A stretch of DNA of 64,000 bases from Epiperipatus broadwayi (taxonomy: Eukaryota; Animalia; Onychophora). Below are positions 1 through 14,782 of the stretch, in pieces. The notes under the pieces are model-generated. The model saw only the letters and a program-made list of their open reading frames with translations. It was not told where the DNA came from and searched no databases. Within the stretch, counting starts at the first letter, position 1, and every line of letters starts with the position of its first letter. The stretch lies in the NCBI GenBank assembly GCA_028023455.1, contig JAQFVV010000005.1, forward strand, positions 17,360,001 to 17,424,000, in the 5' to 3' direction. The position numbers were made by a program, and so were the translations under genes.

Positions 1-19
1 TCATAATCAGGATTAATAA

Positions 20-115
20 GAGTACCAAACTCCCCATACAGTAGTACCACCAAGTGGAAGGCTTTGTAATCAATGGATGCAGACAGTTTGTATATAAAAT
101 CCTTATCTAGAGCAA
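20..115 (-). mobile_element. 3' fragment of the hammerhead-bearing foldback repeat family (no ribozyme core retained)
   Basis: aaactccccatacagtagtac...gtaatcaatggatgc...tttgtatataaaatccttatctag is the reverse complement of the family segment seen at 30380-30480, 45390-45490 and 52920-53010. Confidence 0.6.
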
Positions 116-1374
116 ATAGTGATCATGCAATGTTTTCATAGTCAGGATTCTTAGGAATTAACAAACTAGCTTTCTATTTAATATGCAAACATGGAGTAAA
201 TAAATTTTTATGGCATACCAACACTGACGATGATCAATTGTTTTATTATTTGAAAACAGTATTATCTATTAGAAGATTCTTCAGAATCAATAAATCAGCT
301 TTGCAGCAGTAGTTGAATTAGAAACAGTTTTCCACAGTGCTATATAATATAAACTTGAGAAATCAATGATTATCAGATGCATATAAAATTCCTATCCTTA
401 GTATTTAAAACCCCTCACCTCATACCCTATTAGTGAAAAATGGTGGTAAAATATCAACAATAGTCAATGATATTTTTTATTGCTCGACTCTTTTAATCAA
501 TAAACTTTCTTCCATTATTGATAAGAAAATTACCATTTATTCAGGAGTCAATCAAGCTGCTTTACTGTAAGATTACAAACATCTAAATAGAAAATAATAG
601 AAAGCTATTGTTTATATGAAACTCGTAAACAAACACAAAACTTACATAAAGTTCTAAGATAACAACAAAACTTTTAAATTTTCTTTATACATGCTTCCCA
701 ATTTCATTTTTACATGTATTTATTATGTTAACAGTCTATTATAAATGCAAGAGTCAGGATTGGAGGTCATAAAAAAAGAGGATTCAAGAATTTTGACAAT
801 GGACTCTGCAACTCTTCTGACTACAAATCTTGGTCTCCAAATGAATTCTTGAACAAGTAAGACAAAATATCACTTGGAAAAAAATGATTTGAGTGAAATT
901 TCCTTTTTTTTGATTACACTATAAAGATTGATTTCATTGACAAACACTATGTTCAGCGGTAATCTATCATATGCTGCCACTAATTATATAATATGGTGTC
1001 AATTAATAAAAAAATGTTCTAATCAGACTGTTTCTCATGAAGTGGTTTCTTTTCATGATCCCTTTTCTTAACAAATGTTTCTGGAGTCTACTGCTATGTC
1101 TAAGCCAATGCTTACACAATTGGCTGCGAATATAATTACAGATAAATGTTGTAATAGAAAAGTAAATAACAAATACAGCCAAAATGAGGTTAAAATAGAT
1201 TAGTTTATAAATCTGCCGAGTTAATTTTCGACACAGAGTGTCTGTTTCAAAACATAACTGGTAGATAATTAGCATATTGTGATAGTAATTCCGATTATAA
1301 AAGATTAAACTTGGCAGTGTTCGAGAGATTTGCACAAATGCATGTATAATAGGGAACTGCAAAGTGCCACCTAC

Positions 1375-1860
1375 GTTGTCAGATTAAATAACTAATATCT
1401 ATTGAGGGGACCACTATTGGCTCATATATTTATTATGTACTGAATTAATTAGGTGCCAAGCCTCTTTTATTTTGTGTGGTTACTCTCAAGGCAAACAATC
1501 CTGGCAGATGCAGGTTTAAAAGGATCCGCTGGCAGCTCTCTCATGCTCTAAAAACATTGAGCTGCATAATGAATTCATTTTTGCTCTATTATACAAATAG
1601 GCATGAAGGAAAATTCTCGATTTCAAGTTGGCATGGGTCTCCCTGTAGTATTTGCTATTGCAGGACATGCAGTCTAAGGCATATACTAATTGTGCCTTGT
1701 CATCACTGCAACCATTATCCTTTGAATTATTAATAAGTGTGTTGAGGGATGGAGGGCATCTAAAACCAATACTGATGACTTTAAAAAGAGTGGACTTTAA
1801 TTTTGAGTGGTTGTTGGTAATAAATGGCATATGTTGATAATTTAGTTTAGAAACAATAAG
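1375..1860 (-). mobile_element. Penelope-like element (PLE) remnant, GIY-YIG endonuclease C-terminal region, frameshifted
   Basis: ORF 1516-1923 contains KVISIGFRCPPSLNTLINNSKD...LVYALDCMSCNSKYYRETHANLKSRIFLH, fitting the PLE GIY-YIG pattern VYxIxCxxCxxxYxGETxRxLxxRxxEH; after a frameshift it continues SFKPASARIVCLESN...GPLNR, similar to the second PLE remnant at 29854-30015. Confidence 0.75.
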
Positions 1861-3749
1861 GAAAAAAAAAAAGCAGTAAGATTGAAGTGTTAAATCATAA
1901 CATAATAAATAAGTATGCCTCAAAGAAGGCTGAAGACTTAATAAAGGATTTTTAGGAAAAAGCTACATATATAATTTCCTAGAATTAATGTTGAATTTGG
2001 TAACAAATTCTATCATAAAAAAATAAAAGATACCTTACAAGCCACATAATGATTAGTTGCTTGGAAAACCATGTGACAATTGAGCAACAAAAATGTCAAG
2101 GTGAGATTATGATTCAGAAATCTTTAGCTCTAGAATCCATTATTCTACTGCATGTTAATATCTCACAATAAGATGATCAATATGGACTTTTCTAACAAGC
2201 CATAAGTCTTGCTAGTATTAAAAGACTCGAGTCAATAGTGATCCAGAATGTAGATTTAGATAGCATTATATTTATTTTCCTCTGTTGCATTTTATTAATA
2301 AGAATTCTATATTAATGAGAAAAGCATTCATGCAGGAAAGGATATTTCTATCAAGTGAATGTTGTCTCATAACAATAAAAAAAAAGCATTCTTGCTTCTC
2401 ATAGAGTTTTCAGACTTTTCAATGGCATATTCATGACTAAAATGACTGAATCTATTGATCTATGTATTTGTCAGCTTCTTTCTTTTTAATCTGAATTCAG
2501 TCAGTATATAAACTAGTCTTATCTTAAAAATTAAGATTCAACAAATAAGGAAGTAAACAACTATAGATTTATTATGAAATCTAATAATAAAAAAATGAAT
2601 AATTATTATAAACTGATTCTTCAGTTTATAATTAATGAATATAAAAGTAGTTTTTCCTCCCAAAAATTTGCTCTTTGATCAGCTCAGAACAAATAGCCAG
2701 AGTCAAATATTACACTAATGATAATAAATGTCTCAATCGATATATAAAAATAATATTATAAATACTGTATACAAATGGTGAAAAAGCAACTCTTGTATAT
2801 ATAAATTTATTCAAGTAATAAAGATACTTGTGGAACAAAATTTTGCTCATAAAAAGTTTATTCTATCTTCCTTTATGCTTATTTTTTTGTATTAAACAAA
2901 CTCACAAAAGTAATGTTACTATTTCTGTTTAATAAAAGCTTAAAATATATTAACTGCGTTGTCTCCATTAATAACCAATGCTAAGGGTTATATTATTTCC
3001 AATTCCCCTCCCCACCAGACACTAAAATGTAAATCAAATGAATTCTCATTAGCTGATAAATCTCTTTCTCCAAGTGACAATTTTCTGAACAAACTATATT
3101 ATTAAAATTGAAGATGAACACAAAACTAATTTAAAAATCTGTTAGGATGGAAAAAGATAGTAAATTTTAAAAAAATGTTAAGAAAAAGAGAGAAAAAAGA
3201 TAAAGATGATAAGATTGTCAAATTAGAGAATTATCATAATGATCAAAAGATAATAAAAACTGAAGTCTTTTATGCATAGAAATATTGTCTAAGATGCTCC
3301 TCATCTTTGGATTCATCATTAACAATTACGTACTTTTAAAAATATATTCTGTACGATTTAGTGCAATGGTAGAATGGAGTTCAAGGTTCACAAGGCCAGC
3401 TCCACCTTATCACTTTTCAAGGCATTTTTGCTTTCTAGATTTGGTACAATAGTGGAGTAGCAGATATTGGGGCTCAATGTCCATGGATCATAGCTCTGCT
3501 ATTACTTCCAATAGGAAAATTTTGTATTACTGAGCAATTAACCATGCAATTATCTTTAACCATGGATGATTTGGTGCAGTCATAGAACAACAAACTTTAG
3601 AGCTCAAAGCTTGTGGATTGCAGCTTTGTTATCTTATTTCCACTACTCACATTTACCACTCCCAAGCAATTAACCATTCAATTATTTTTGCCTTGCATGG
3701 TTTGAATAACAGACCTTAGAACTCAAGACCCATGGACACAGTAACTTTT

Positions 3750-3866
3750 AATATTTCTTTCCATATGTCATAGCATCGGCTGGGAGGCGAACCCACAACA
3801 ACCGTCTGCAACCAACTGCTTGCTTGCAAGGCGGTTGCGCTGACATCTCGACTAACAACACTTGAC
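3750..3866 (-). mobile_element. tRNA-Gly-derived minimal SINE, copy 1 (decayed, internal duplication, anticodon position TGC)
   Basis: Minus strand reads gtcaa-GTGTTGTTAGTCGAGATGTCAGC...GGGTTCGCCTCCCAGCCGATGC-tatgacatatggaaagaaa; same tail as the copies at 43242 and 61084; a 7-bp direct repeat (aactttt at 3743-3749 and 3867-3873) flanks it. Confidence 0.7.
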
Positions 3867-4484
3867 AACTTTTTTATTATTTCTGGTGCTAAAATTAATT
3901 ATTGCTGAGCAATTAACATCATTATGTTTTTTTTTCTTGTAAATGAATATTGCCATTCTAATTCCAGGGGGAAAAAGAAGAAATATAAAGAAAACAAACA
4001 AACAAAAAAAATAAAATAAAGAAAGAGTAATTTTTACATGCATAGTCAGAATCACTGTGCAATTATGAGGTTGCATAAACACCCAATCCTATTGTTGCAG
4101 TTTGAATAGAGAGATGATCAATGGCATAAAAGTATCATAATAAAATAGTTTTATTGCTTGAGAGTTCATAAGAAATTCAAGTGCTATAAAAACCAGCACC
4201 CAAATCCAATCATAGGATTAGGGCAAAGAACATAGTAATTGAGTCCTGTATTAACTAAACGACTGGCAGAAAGACAAGAGAAAATGGAGAGCAAATACAT
4301 ATTTAATAACAACAACAAAAAAAAAATGAATCAAATAAAAAAACAATAAATGTCCATTGTTGTAAATACAGTACATTATTGTATTTCTTGTTAAGATTTC
4401 TAATGATTAATATTTAATTATAAAATTATTTTTTAGATGTTTTATCAAAATTTTATTTTACACATCCATTTCTTGATTATTAAG

Positions 4485-4800
4485 CATGTAGAAATGAGAT
4501 GGTTAAGAAAACTAATAAATCAGTTTTACTGAAGGCAGATGCATAAAGACAAGTGATGGAGATAGTAAAGCAAAGAAGTGTAACTATTTTGGACATGCAG
4601 TGAGACAGATGGACACAATGGATAAGAGTGTCATATTTGGAATTATGAATGGGTCAAAAAAAAAGAGAAGAGGATGGCCAAGACTACAAATGAATGAGTA
4701 ACATTACAGAATGGTTGGATAACATGTAGAAAAGCAGAGGGAAGAATAATCTGAAAGTGGTTCATTCACATTGACATCATCAAAATGATGAATTAGATGG
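4485..4800 (+). mobile_element. RTE-clade LINE 3' fragment (decayed)
   Basis: Translates to EMRWLRKL...YFGHAVRQ...VIFGIMNGSKKKRRGWPR, matching the RTE C-terminal pattern FEMxxxRR...WFGHVxR...GxxxGxRxRGRP. Confidence 0.55.
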
Positions 4801-6461
4801 ATAATGAGAGGACATAGAAAATAGTATGCTTCTGAAAAATTATGTAAAAACTACTTAAAATAAATTGTAAAAGTCATTTAACTAAGGTAGATTTGATTGT
4901 TTTTTAAATAGCTATAGTATTTATTATATCACAGTTATGTGGTATATTGGAAAGTATTTAACTTTATTTTTTTAAATTTATGCTATAATTAACTATAATA
5001 ATAAAAGATGTTAAACCTGATTCTTGGGGACACAACATTTCTTTTAAACATGTATAGATATTAAATCCTTGATACTTTAGAAATCATATAATAACTTAGT
5101 ATTGAAACATTAATGTTAATTTATAACTAATATTATTTTTCTTCACCTGATCACTAGAGGTGAGTAGACAAACATGGAATTCATTTTTGTTATATGTAGT
5201 ATTTAAAAAAAAGTGTAGCTAGATTTCATATGATCTTAGATGTTATGAGCAAATTAAAAATGTTGGAAAGATTACAATTTATGATGAAAATAAAATTAAT
5301 GAAATAGTTTTTGATTAATATATTTTCAATTAAAATATTCAAAAATTGAGATAATTTTATCTTTAGGATATTAAATATTTAATATGTTATAGATTGGATA
5401 GGACAAAAATTTAATGATATATGTGATAAAAAACAAGAAGTAAATTGTCATTTAAGACTATAACAGGAAGTCTAGAGTCAAACTAACATAATTAAAAAAT
5501 ACAAAAAATAAATAAATTTACATTTATCACATGATTTATGTTAGTATGAGATAGAGAATGTTGAACATTTAATATTAGAATACAGAAAGCACAGAAAACA
5601 CGACAAACAATAATTGTTCCTAGAGACTCAGGCAATGAAAAATAAACAATGGCAAATTTGTAATTTCACTGCTGATTATTCATCCAATACAAAATTTAGA
5701 AATTAATTAAAAGATATATGGATGATTAGTTTGATATTAATTTTCAAATGATAAATTGAGCAAAAAATAGCAACAGGATTCTTGAAAAAATAGGACAGAA
5801 TGATTAAAAATAAGTAATTGTGGTTTTTAGGAATAATTGATAATAGTTGCATTCCATTCCATCAACCAATAAAACAATTTAGTAGTAAGATATTTATTTT
5901 ATTAGATCAATAGTTTCTAATCTTTTTTGCTTACTTATCCCATGGTGGCCATTTCCATGAATTTGTAGTTTTCATATTAGAAAAATGTTTATAAATAATA
6001 TAGTTACTGTTTTTTTTCAAATTCATATGCTTTAACTGGAAATAAACAGCTTCATTAGTGAGATTAAAAAGCAATGGAAGAATAAAGTGAGTAAACAGAA
6101 CCCATATACTTACATTCAAAACTCAAAAAATATAACAAATTCAAATAAATACATTATAGATTACATTTAAAAAAAACTACATTACATTCATTAATTGATG
6201 TGCATGTCTTTCTCGCATTATTATTCAATTCTTTTTACACATATCATTAAACACCCAGATTCATATTCCTTGAATTACTTCCCTATTCAAATCCCTGAAT
6301 AGATGATCCTAGATTCCATCATAATTATTGTTTATCAATTGAAGTAACTACAGTAATTAAAATCACAATCTTTTTAATTATTATGTTTATTATCACCAAA
6401 CATAATTCTTACATAAGAAGGCAATAAACAAGAGGTAGCTTATCTCAAAAAGTAAAATTAC

Positions 6462-6527
6462 CTGTTCAGGTTGTGAAGACGGAACATAGGTAGAAGGCTG
6501 ACTATCAATCTTATTCCAGTAAGAAGG
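6462..6527 (-). CDS. Host-gene exon, repeat-type (PSYWNKIDSQPSTYVPSSQPEQ), 66 nt, phase 0/0
   Basis: Acceptor ccccaccttactctgtag, donor CAG|gtaatt; open frame homologous to the exons at 14783, 14994 and 39259. Confidence 0.7.
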
Positions 6528-6879
6528 CTACAGAGTAAGGTGGGGAAAAAAGAGACAAAAAAAAGAAAAAAGCAAACAGATTTATACTTGTGGAAAATAA
6601 TAAAAAGTCTATAGATTAGCAAAATGAAAAAGTTCTAAAAAATATATTATACTTTTTATTTGTGTGCAAATATATACATATGTATTCATAAATAAAAGCT
6701 GTATTTTAAAACTGTATAATTTTTATATTCTCAAAACATAATAAAAAAGTTTTTGATTTGCACCAAATAATAGATAAGCTATCCAAGTTTTTCTTATAGC
6801 CAAATTAAGAAAACTGTTTTAAATGATTAATTCACTGTAGAAGTCTGTCAATTTGAAACTCATAACCACAGGGTGTTAC

Positions 6880-9800
6880 TGCTATATTTTGTAGAAAATA
6901 TATTTGGCTTTAGTAACTGGAGAGCTATAAGTTATAAAGATAAGTTTTACTTCAGAGAAAAAATAGAAATAAAACATAAACACATATCTAGTTTAAAAAG
7001 CAATAAAAAGATCACTAATAATTAATGGAAACGTAAATATAAATAGATATGTAAGTTTTTAAAAAAATAATGAAAAATACACTTTGTAATAAAATGAAAC
7101 TTTATTTTGATAATTTGAGTTTAAGTCTAATTCAACGAAGAAAGATTGGTTTGCAGATAAATTAAACTTAAACAGATAAATATTATAAGTTAAAAACATT
7201 CTATAAAAGACTGCCAAAAGATAATGGCAAATGATTATTTTCAAGGCTGGATATAACTCCTGGATTTAAAATAGCAAAAAAATTGGGTATTGTTAAAATT
7301 GAACTATTAAATTATTTTAGTAGAAAACAAATGGAATAAATATTTGAAACTAATTATTGAAAAATGCAAATGGAGATAATTTGAGGCCATATCCTTATCA
7401 TCATTGTAAAAATGCATTAGTCAAATGGATTTATTTTTACACTGGAATGATAGAAATTTGTCAATAAATTCAAGCAAGGAGAAAACAGTATAAATAGTGC
7501 ATGCAACAAAAGAGCAAACAAAGAGTGTCATTGTTAGCTTTTCTCCACTCATCACATGCTATTGTTGCTGTCATAAGGTCCTTTGAGAAAAGCTGAGGGA
7601 GAAGTGGCCCTAGACTTTTCTGCAACTATGGAAGTGTCCCAGTGCCCTTGCCTCTGAAGTTGAAAGATAGATAGCTAGGGAAAATGTTTATAGACCTCAC
7701 CAGTTTTTTATTATTTGTGTACACCTGAAGAGACCCAATGAGAATTGTGTTTTAAGTACTGTGAATATAAACTTTTAGTATTCACTTAGGTCCACCACCA
7801 TTGCAGTAGCAATATTTGTTTGCTTGGTGACGATTATAGCATTGGAGATTTAAAACTTTAAATCAAGGACTAATTGTTAATATGTATATAAAGGAACTAA
7901 TGAACACTATTTAATTAAATCTTAATTGATGTGTATATATATAATATGTAAATAAATATATTTATTCTTATTTAATAACACTTTGGGTATTTAATAATTT
8001 TGTGATAATTGTTGGTAGTCAGCTTCATAGCTGAATACACAACAAAGTTGGCACAGTCTGACAGTTGCATTCAAACTAGGTGCGAAAGTAGATTTGTTAT
8101 AATAGTGTTTATATATTAATGTCTCATGTTAATAGGTTTGTTTTAGAATAGTTTAATATAAACTAGGATTTTGTTCTTGTGAATATATATATATAATTTA
8201 ATTTAAAAATGTCATTGGAACAGTTGGCAATAGCCAAATTGGATGTAGAGGATGCTGGGGAATGGCCGTTTTATGCTACTCAGAAAATTTTTTCTTGCTA
8301 AGTCGTATTGGGGATGAGAAGAAACAAATACCTGCATTGTTATGTCTATCAGGCAGAGAGGTAATTGTGATAATAAATAAGTATTACAAGTTACCTATAA
8401 AGAATAAGTAGCATATGAGGATATTATAAAAAAGTTGACCAATTATTTTAGCCCCAGTCAATCGAAGTACATAGCCCAATTGTCTCTAAGATACAGAAGA
8501 CAAGCAAAGGGTGAATCTATAAAAGATTACAGTTTAATTTTAAGGCAATTAGCAAAAGATTGCTTATATGGGAACTATGTTGAGAAATTATTGCTTGATC
8601 AGTTATTATGGGTCTGCTTGATGATAGTGTGAAAAAAAATCTGCTGTGTGATTCAGATTTGAACTTTGAGTCAGCTATCAAGAAGGAGATAGCATACGAG
8701 ATAATATTAGGACAAGTGGCATGCTTAAAAATAAAACTAAAAACGAGGATATAGATGTGTGGAAAACAGATCATAAAGAAGCAGATGCAGTAAACTTATC
8801 AAAGGGCATATAAAAAGTCACTGTAGGTTTCTGGGAGAAAAGTGCCATAACTGTAATGTAAAAAGACACTTAAAAAAGGTATGTAAGGCAAAACCCAGTT
8901 GTCAGTGGCAGAATAATATAGATTCAAATGAAATGGTAACAGATGATGTGGTAGGCATAAAAACTATGAAAGAAAGTATGATCAATAAATTTATGTTAAA
9001 ATTAGAAATGTGTAATAGAAACATCGAAATGGAAATCAATAGTGGATCAGGCATTTCATTGTGCCCAGAGAAATTATGGAAAGTGATTAAGAGAAAATGC
9101 ACTGATGTTCTAATTAGACAGACAAATATAAGAGATGTAGATGTCAGTGGCAATGAATTGCATTTGCTGGGCTATGCTACAGGGCTTATACACATAAAAA
9201 TAGGATATTAAAATTGCCTTTATACATAGTAAGAGAAAAAATCAGTCTGTTAATAAGGCAAAAGTGGTTTCACAAGTTAAACATAGATATAAATATTAAT
9301 GCTGTGAATAATGTGGCAAGCAGACCAATTGCAAAAGCAAAGCCTATGAGTGGTAAGGCAAGCTAAGGTAGAGAGAAACATAGTGAGCAAAGAAAAAAAT
9401 GGGTAATGTGAATTTCAAAATTGTATTCATCAGTATGTGGTAAAGAGAGGTCAGCTAAAACTTGGTTCAAAGGGGCAGCAGTACAGAATCTATCGAATCA
9501 GGCAGAAATGATTATTGGTGACTATGATGATGTAAAAAGATGCCAAAAAACCATGTTAGAGGGTGGGGTAGACCAGTCACCATTGAATATAGCAGGTGGA
9601 ATGAAAAATCTGAAAAGAAAATGAAAAACCCTAAGGCAATTAGTCATGAAATAAAAATGATAATATCGTGGGAGGAAAATTGTTTGAAAAATAAATCTAA
9701 ATAAACATTTCTGAACAGAAAATTGCAATAGTAGAAAAAAATCACCCAAGCCTATTCGTAAAAAAATGTAAACCGGATAGACTTGGTGATTATGTGTTTA

Positions 9801-10151
9801 ATAGGGTTTTTCTCTGAAGAGAGGGAAGGTGCTACATTTTGTAAAAATACATTTGGCTTTAGTAACACGAGAGCTATAAGTTGTAAAGATAAGTTTTACT
9901 TCAGAGAAAAAACAGTAATAAAATATAAATACATATTTAGTTTAAAACGCAATAAAAAGATCGCTAATAATTAATGGAAATATAAATAGATATGTAAGTT
10001 TTTAAAAAAGTAATGGAAAATAAATTTTGTAGAATATAGGAAAGTTTATTTTGATAATTTAAGTCTAAGTCTAATTCAACAAAGAAAGATTAGTTTGCAG
10101 ATAAATTAGACTTAAACAGATAAAGATTGTAAGTTAAAAGTCTATTTTACA
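6880..10151 (+). mobile_element. Ty3/gypsy LTR retrotransposon, internally deleted and decayed
   Basis: ~325-bp direct repeats at 6880-~7208 and 9830-~10151, both starting TGCTA; PPT gaagagagggaagg at 9816-9829 preceded by KPDRLGDY; gag, CCHC and protease remnants inside; no RT, RNase H or integrase core; TSD not clear. Confidence 0.75.
8209..9300 (+). pseudogene. gypsy gag-protease pseudogene
   Basis: MSLEQLAIAKLDVEDAGEWPFY..., YFSP...RQAKGESIKDYSLILRQLAKDCLYG (gag), KCHNCNVKRHLKKVC (CCHC knuckle), MEINSGSGISL (aspartic-protease motif DTG decayed to NSG); multiple stops and frameshifts. Confidence 0.8.
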
Positions 10152-10462
10152 CATATACATTCAAAAAAAATGAAGTGATATTAACATGCATTACTTATAA
10201 ATACATTTTATTTAAACAGTTTTTTGGACTTATAAATTTGTTTTTGAAATCCATTTATAAAAAATTCCAAAATTGTTTGATTAAAATTTATTTTAAAGTA
10301 ACACTATTATTAGAATGATTTTAAATATTTAGCAATAAATTTTATGCAAGTATATTTAAGTATGATACAAATATATATATATATATCATAAGATTACATC
10401 AAGCAAAAAAAAACAACAAGCTATTTCTTTCCCATCGATAAATGTATTTCAGATGAAATTAC

Positions 10463-10492
10463 CTTCTTCGGGTGATCAAGAAGTTTGAACAT
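10463..10492 (-). CDS. Candidate 30-nt host-gene exon (MFKLLDHPKK in phase 0)
   Basis: Acceptor gcatgtttaccag, donor AAG|gtaatt; frame-preserving length; lies between two of the repeat exons. No homology support. Confidence 0.5.
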
Positions 10493-12779
10493 CTGGTAAA
10501 CATGCTTATCCATGTGAGATTACAAATGACAAAGAAATAGTCTATTCTGGATGATGTGTGTTTGATATCAATATAGTTGGTTAATACATCTCTTTGGGTG
10601 TGAGTTATTATGCATTTTGAAATCAAATGGTAGGTTTTTTAATTACTTATATAAAACTAAAGACTAAACATTCTAGTGACTTCACTAGTTCAAATCTCTG
10701 GTCCATCTAAAGAAGATGAGTCTAATTTTTCAGATGGACATTTAATGATATTACAGATTTACATATATTTAGGACTGAACTTAAAAATCTGCATTGTTGA
10801 TGGGCTATATTAATGTAAAGCATAATTATTGTTTATTATATATATATATAGCGCAAAAGTACTTCACTATATAAATATGTAATGAATAAATAATTAAAAT
10901 TGGAGTTATCTAAATAATACAAACAAATTTGTCTAGTAGACTTTCAATATTTTTATATCATATTTATAGCACTAATTCATTAATTTTAAAAGCTGTAGAT
11001 CAAACTAACAAACCATATTCCAAAGTTTCAATACTGACTCACACTATTGGACCATTAGATTATGATATTATTTAACTAGCAATATGCCATATCTCCTTAA
11101 TCTTACTTTTATAATGATTTCACTTTTTACAAATTACACATTAAAATTAAACATGCGGTCGTTTCCCTTTCAGGGTTTAAAAACTGAACTATTTTTAAGT
11201 CAAGAGGGTATATTGCTAATCTTAACAATACAATATGATAAACTGAGTTGAATAAAATATTGGTGAAATCTTTTAATATTAAAAGTTATATTTACCCTAA
11301 GTCAAAAGTTCCTTCTGCTTGTAAGTTTTCAGGAATAAATATATTTTTAATTAAATTTTTTTGCCCTTTTAAAATTTGAATCAGATAGAAAATGTTAAAA
11401 TATATATTGGGAATTTTATACTAGTTACTTATAATAAAGATAATATGTAAAATATTTCTATATTAAGGATAAACTATAATAGTAAGTATTAAAAGTAACA
11501 AAAAATGAATTTCAAATTTATTCACTCAATATAAAGAAATATTAAATAAATACATCAAATAGATTATAAATGCGGCTTTAATAGATTAACTAAATCTTAC
11601 CGACAAAGCAAATGGTAGAGAATTATTGATTTTGACTGACAAACTATGATAAAAAAAAAATGCAGTTTGTCAATCAACAATAAAATTCATCACATTAATC
11701 TAACTTCTGTATTTTGTGCATAGGATGAGATAAATTACATAACAACTGATTTTAGTTTATTATGTTACTTATATCCCTAGTAACAACTATTGAAACCCTT
11801 TTACTAAATAGATGACAGCAGATAAGATTCAATCAAAAAGTGGATACTATACTACTAATAAACAACAAGCAATCATATACACAGATGAATCCAAAATTTG
11901 TACTTATATTTTATGCTTGGGAAAATTTTAGTTTTATATAAGTATATGTTATCAATAAAGTATGAAATTCAGGTAATGCATAGAGTACAAGATAATATAT
12001 AATTAGATAATATGTGAAACGTATCATTTGATTAGATATTCTATAGAATACTTCAGATAAAATGCACTGATTATTTAGGCAAAGTATATAACAAAGACAT
12101 TTTACTTATCGATAAATTTCAAACTTAGTAATTAATGAAGATTTTTTTCAATTATTTAGTATATTAATTCTGAAAATACTATTAATTATTATAACAAATA
12201 ATAATAGATTCCAAAGAACTCTTCAGAAAAAAGATTCTAGCATCTATTTATTTTTGCACATACTTTTCACAATCTTTAGCCAGTATCTGTAGATTTATGA
12301 ATTGCCTTTAACTTGAGTATTACATCTACAAGCATATCTGTTGTTAATACAATCTTTTTATACATTGTTATCTTGTGTAAAACTGCATTAGGAAATCTAG
12401 CTTAATACACAAGTTTTAAAAATCTTTTTTTTTCTTTTCATAAAAGCCAAAATATTCAAGTATCTCTTCTTCCATTGTCAAACTCAGGGATAAAAATATG
12501 AGCTATGGCTTTCTATTCTGTGGATAAGAATGTAATAATCAAAAAGAATTTTCTTTCCTTGTAATTCCATATTTATTTTTGACTCTTGTCAATAATTCAA
12601 AATTTTCTTATTTTAAAAATGACAAATAATATGGATCCCAACTCCATATTTATCTACCACATCAGTAGAATTCCCTCAAGCTCCATTAATAATCTTAATG
12701 GCTCATTAAGCACAATACTCTTGAAAGGTCGAGTTTTTTCTCTCAAAATGGTTGCATCACTTCCTTTCCCATCACATGT

Positions 12780-13330
12780 ATCTGTGTTAATATAAAGTAA
12801 AACATCTTTTGGTTTTTTTCCTTCAGTTCATACTTTTTTTTTCTGATAACTGAAAAATTTATATAATGCATTCTCAAAATTGTGAAAATACAGTATTAAA
12901 AGTGTCTTACTTTGAGAAGCATTGTCGTGTTCTTTTATTTCACCACAAGGACATATATGAGTTGTGCCATGTCTGAACATTTTGGAGGACTAGGTTAAAC
13001 CCTGATGCAAGTATTGTTTCCAGACAAAACAGATATCTTTCAAAAAAATTATATCTCGATTCATGCAATACATGCAAACAAATAATGGTACGATGAAAGT
13101 AATAATAAAATTAGACATCTTCCATGATTTCATCATTTACTTGATTTAAATATTATTGAGATTCAATGATCATTCTTGAGCAAAAAGAATAAATGATATT
13201 CAAGAGCCTGGTAAATGTTCAGGGTCTGAAGAAAATCTTAAAAAATGGTACACTGAACAAAACAATGAACTCAATAAAAAAAAAGTGTATTGAATAATAT
13301 ATCAAACATAATGTCTCATTTTGATGCTTA
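12780..13330 (+). mobile_element. Tc1/mariner-type DDE transposase relic
   Basis: IFQKNYISIHAIHANK*WYDESNNKIRHLP*FHHLLDLNIIEIQ* resembles FQQDNAxxHxAxxxxxWF...LPWPxxSPDLNxIExxW; heavily decayed, ends approximate. Confidence 0.5.
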
Positions 13331-14782
13331 ATTCATTTTAACACTTAAGATAGTTGTCTAATGACCTTAGGTGGTATCTCTAAGAATTCAAACCATTGTT
13401 CAAATTTTATTTAATTCCATTCTACACAAATGTGGTTCTATATCCTATTAATAAAAAGTCTGATAGGTGTTCCCAGATCTCACACCAAATTACATATTTA
13501 TTAATAAAATGGCTAATGAAATCAAAGATGTCTCTGAATAAATAAACTTATTATAATCACACATATTAATATAAAGAACAATTATTGACTTATCACTATA
13601 TATATCTAATGGTGAGACCAACATTCACATTTCATTTTATTAATAAAAAATCAAAAACATAACAAAAATATAAAAATAATATAACTTATTTAGAAATTAA
13701 ACCTAAAAATAATATTTTAACAAACGAATAACAATTGAAAATCAAATGTTTTCAATAATTGCAATCAATGCAAACATTTGATGACAAATTTAATATCAGA
13801 AGAAATTAAATTAATCATCATTGTTAATTTAATTTATGTAATGTTTTCATTCATTATGCTTAGTGACAATATTAAAAAATCATAACCTCTTTTAAATCTG
13901 TAAATAAAACAGAAATAACTATCTCTCACTGAGTTATGTGACTTCAAAAACATCATATAAGTCAGTGGAACGTAGTTACTTACATTTCAATTAATGACAA
14001 TGTATGTTTTTCAATCACTGTTTCTTTGTTAAAGACATTGCTCTCAGGTTTATTTTCAAAATAAATTATATAATTTTCATGTTTTTTTTTTTATGTTCCA
14101 ATGATCATACTTATTGAAAATATTTTTTTTTCCAATCTAAAACCACAATTTTCAGATTTATTTTCTATATAAATTTTATTATTTTCATTTCATATTTTTG
14201 ATTTTTTTTACAAAAAATATGAAACTTATTAATTAGCTTATTCTTTGATATGTAAATGATAGTCCCACCAAAGTGTCTCTGGATCCAAATATCATACTCT
14301 AGTCAATATGCAGATATGAAGCCATTACAATATTTAAATTAGAATGAAAACTTAAATTGAATATTTTTTAAAACACAATCCTTGCTGACAATAAGCTAGA
14401 CTATTATCTCCCACAAAGCAAATCACTACACATTATCAATATATGCAATGTATTAAAAAGAAAATATTTAAATATATCTACTAAATGGTTAGTCAACCAA
14501 AGAAGCATATAATATAAACAAATTTACAAACAGAAAAAAAGATTACTACCAGTAATCTGATAATATTCATATTATTCCATAATAAAAAACTCATTCAGAA
14601 ATCTAGGAAACTACATCAAAATCAACATCCAGATATGGTAACATTGAAATATTTATTGTTATAGAATATTCAATAGACTTCCTTTACATTATGCATGATT
14701 ACTATAGATTTATTTATTTACACTATTCTTAGATTTGGTGTTGTATATTCTAAATATTACATACGTTAAAGACATTATCTAC

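Noticed and set aside
1003-1362. 119-aa minus-strand ORF with a hydrophobic stretch
   Set aside because: Lies directly downstream of a PLE remnant; TTG start, no recognisable motif or splice context. A nearby gaaacagtc lacks the CUGANGA core, so it is not called a hammerhead
5931-6119. ORF ending MKTTNSWKWPPWDK at a strong donor (gtaagc)
   Set aside because: No usable acceptor or promoter evidence upstream; cannot be tied to the host gene
7712-7750. ctgaagagacccaatgagaattgtg, hammerhead-like start
   Set aside because: No GAAA core or pairing stems
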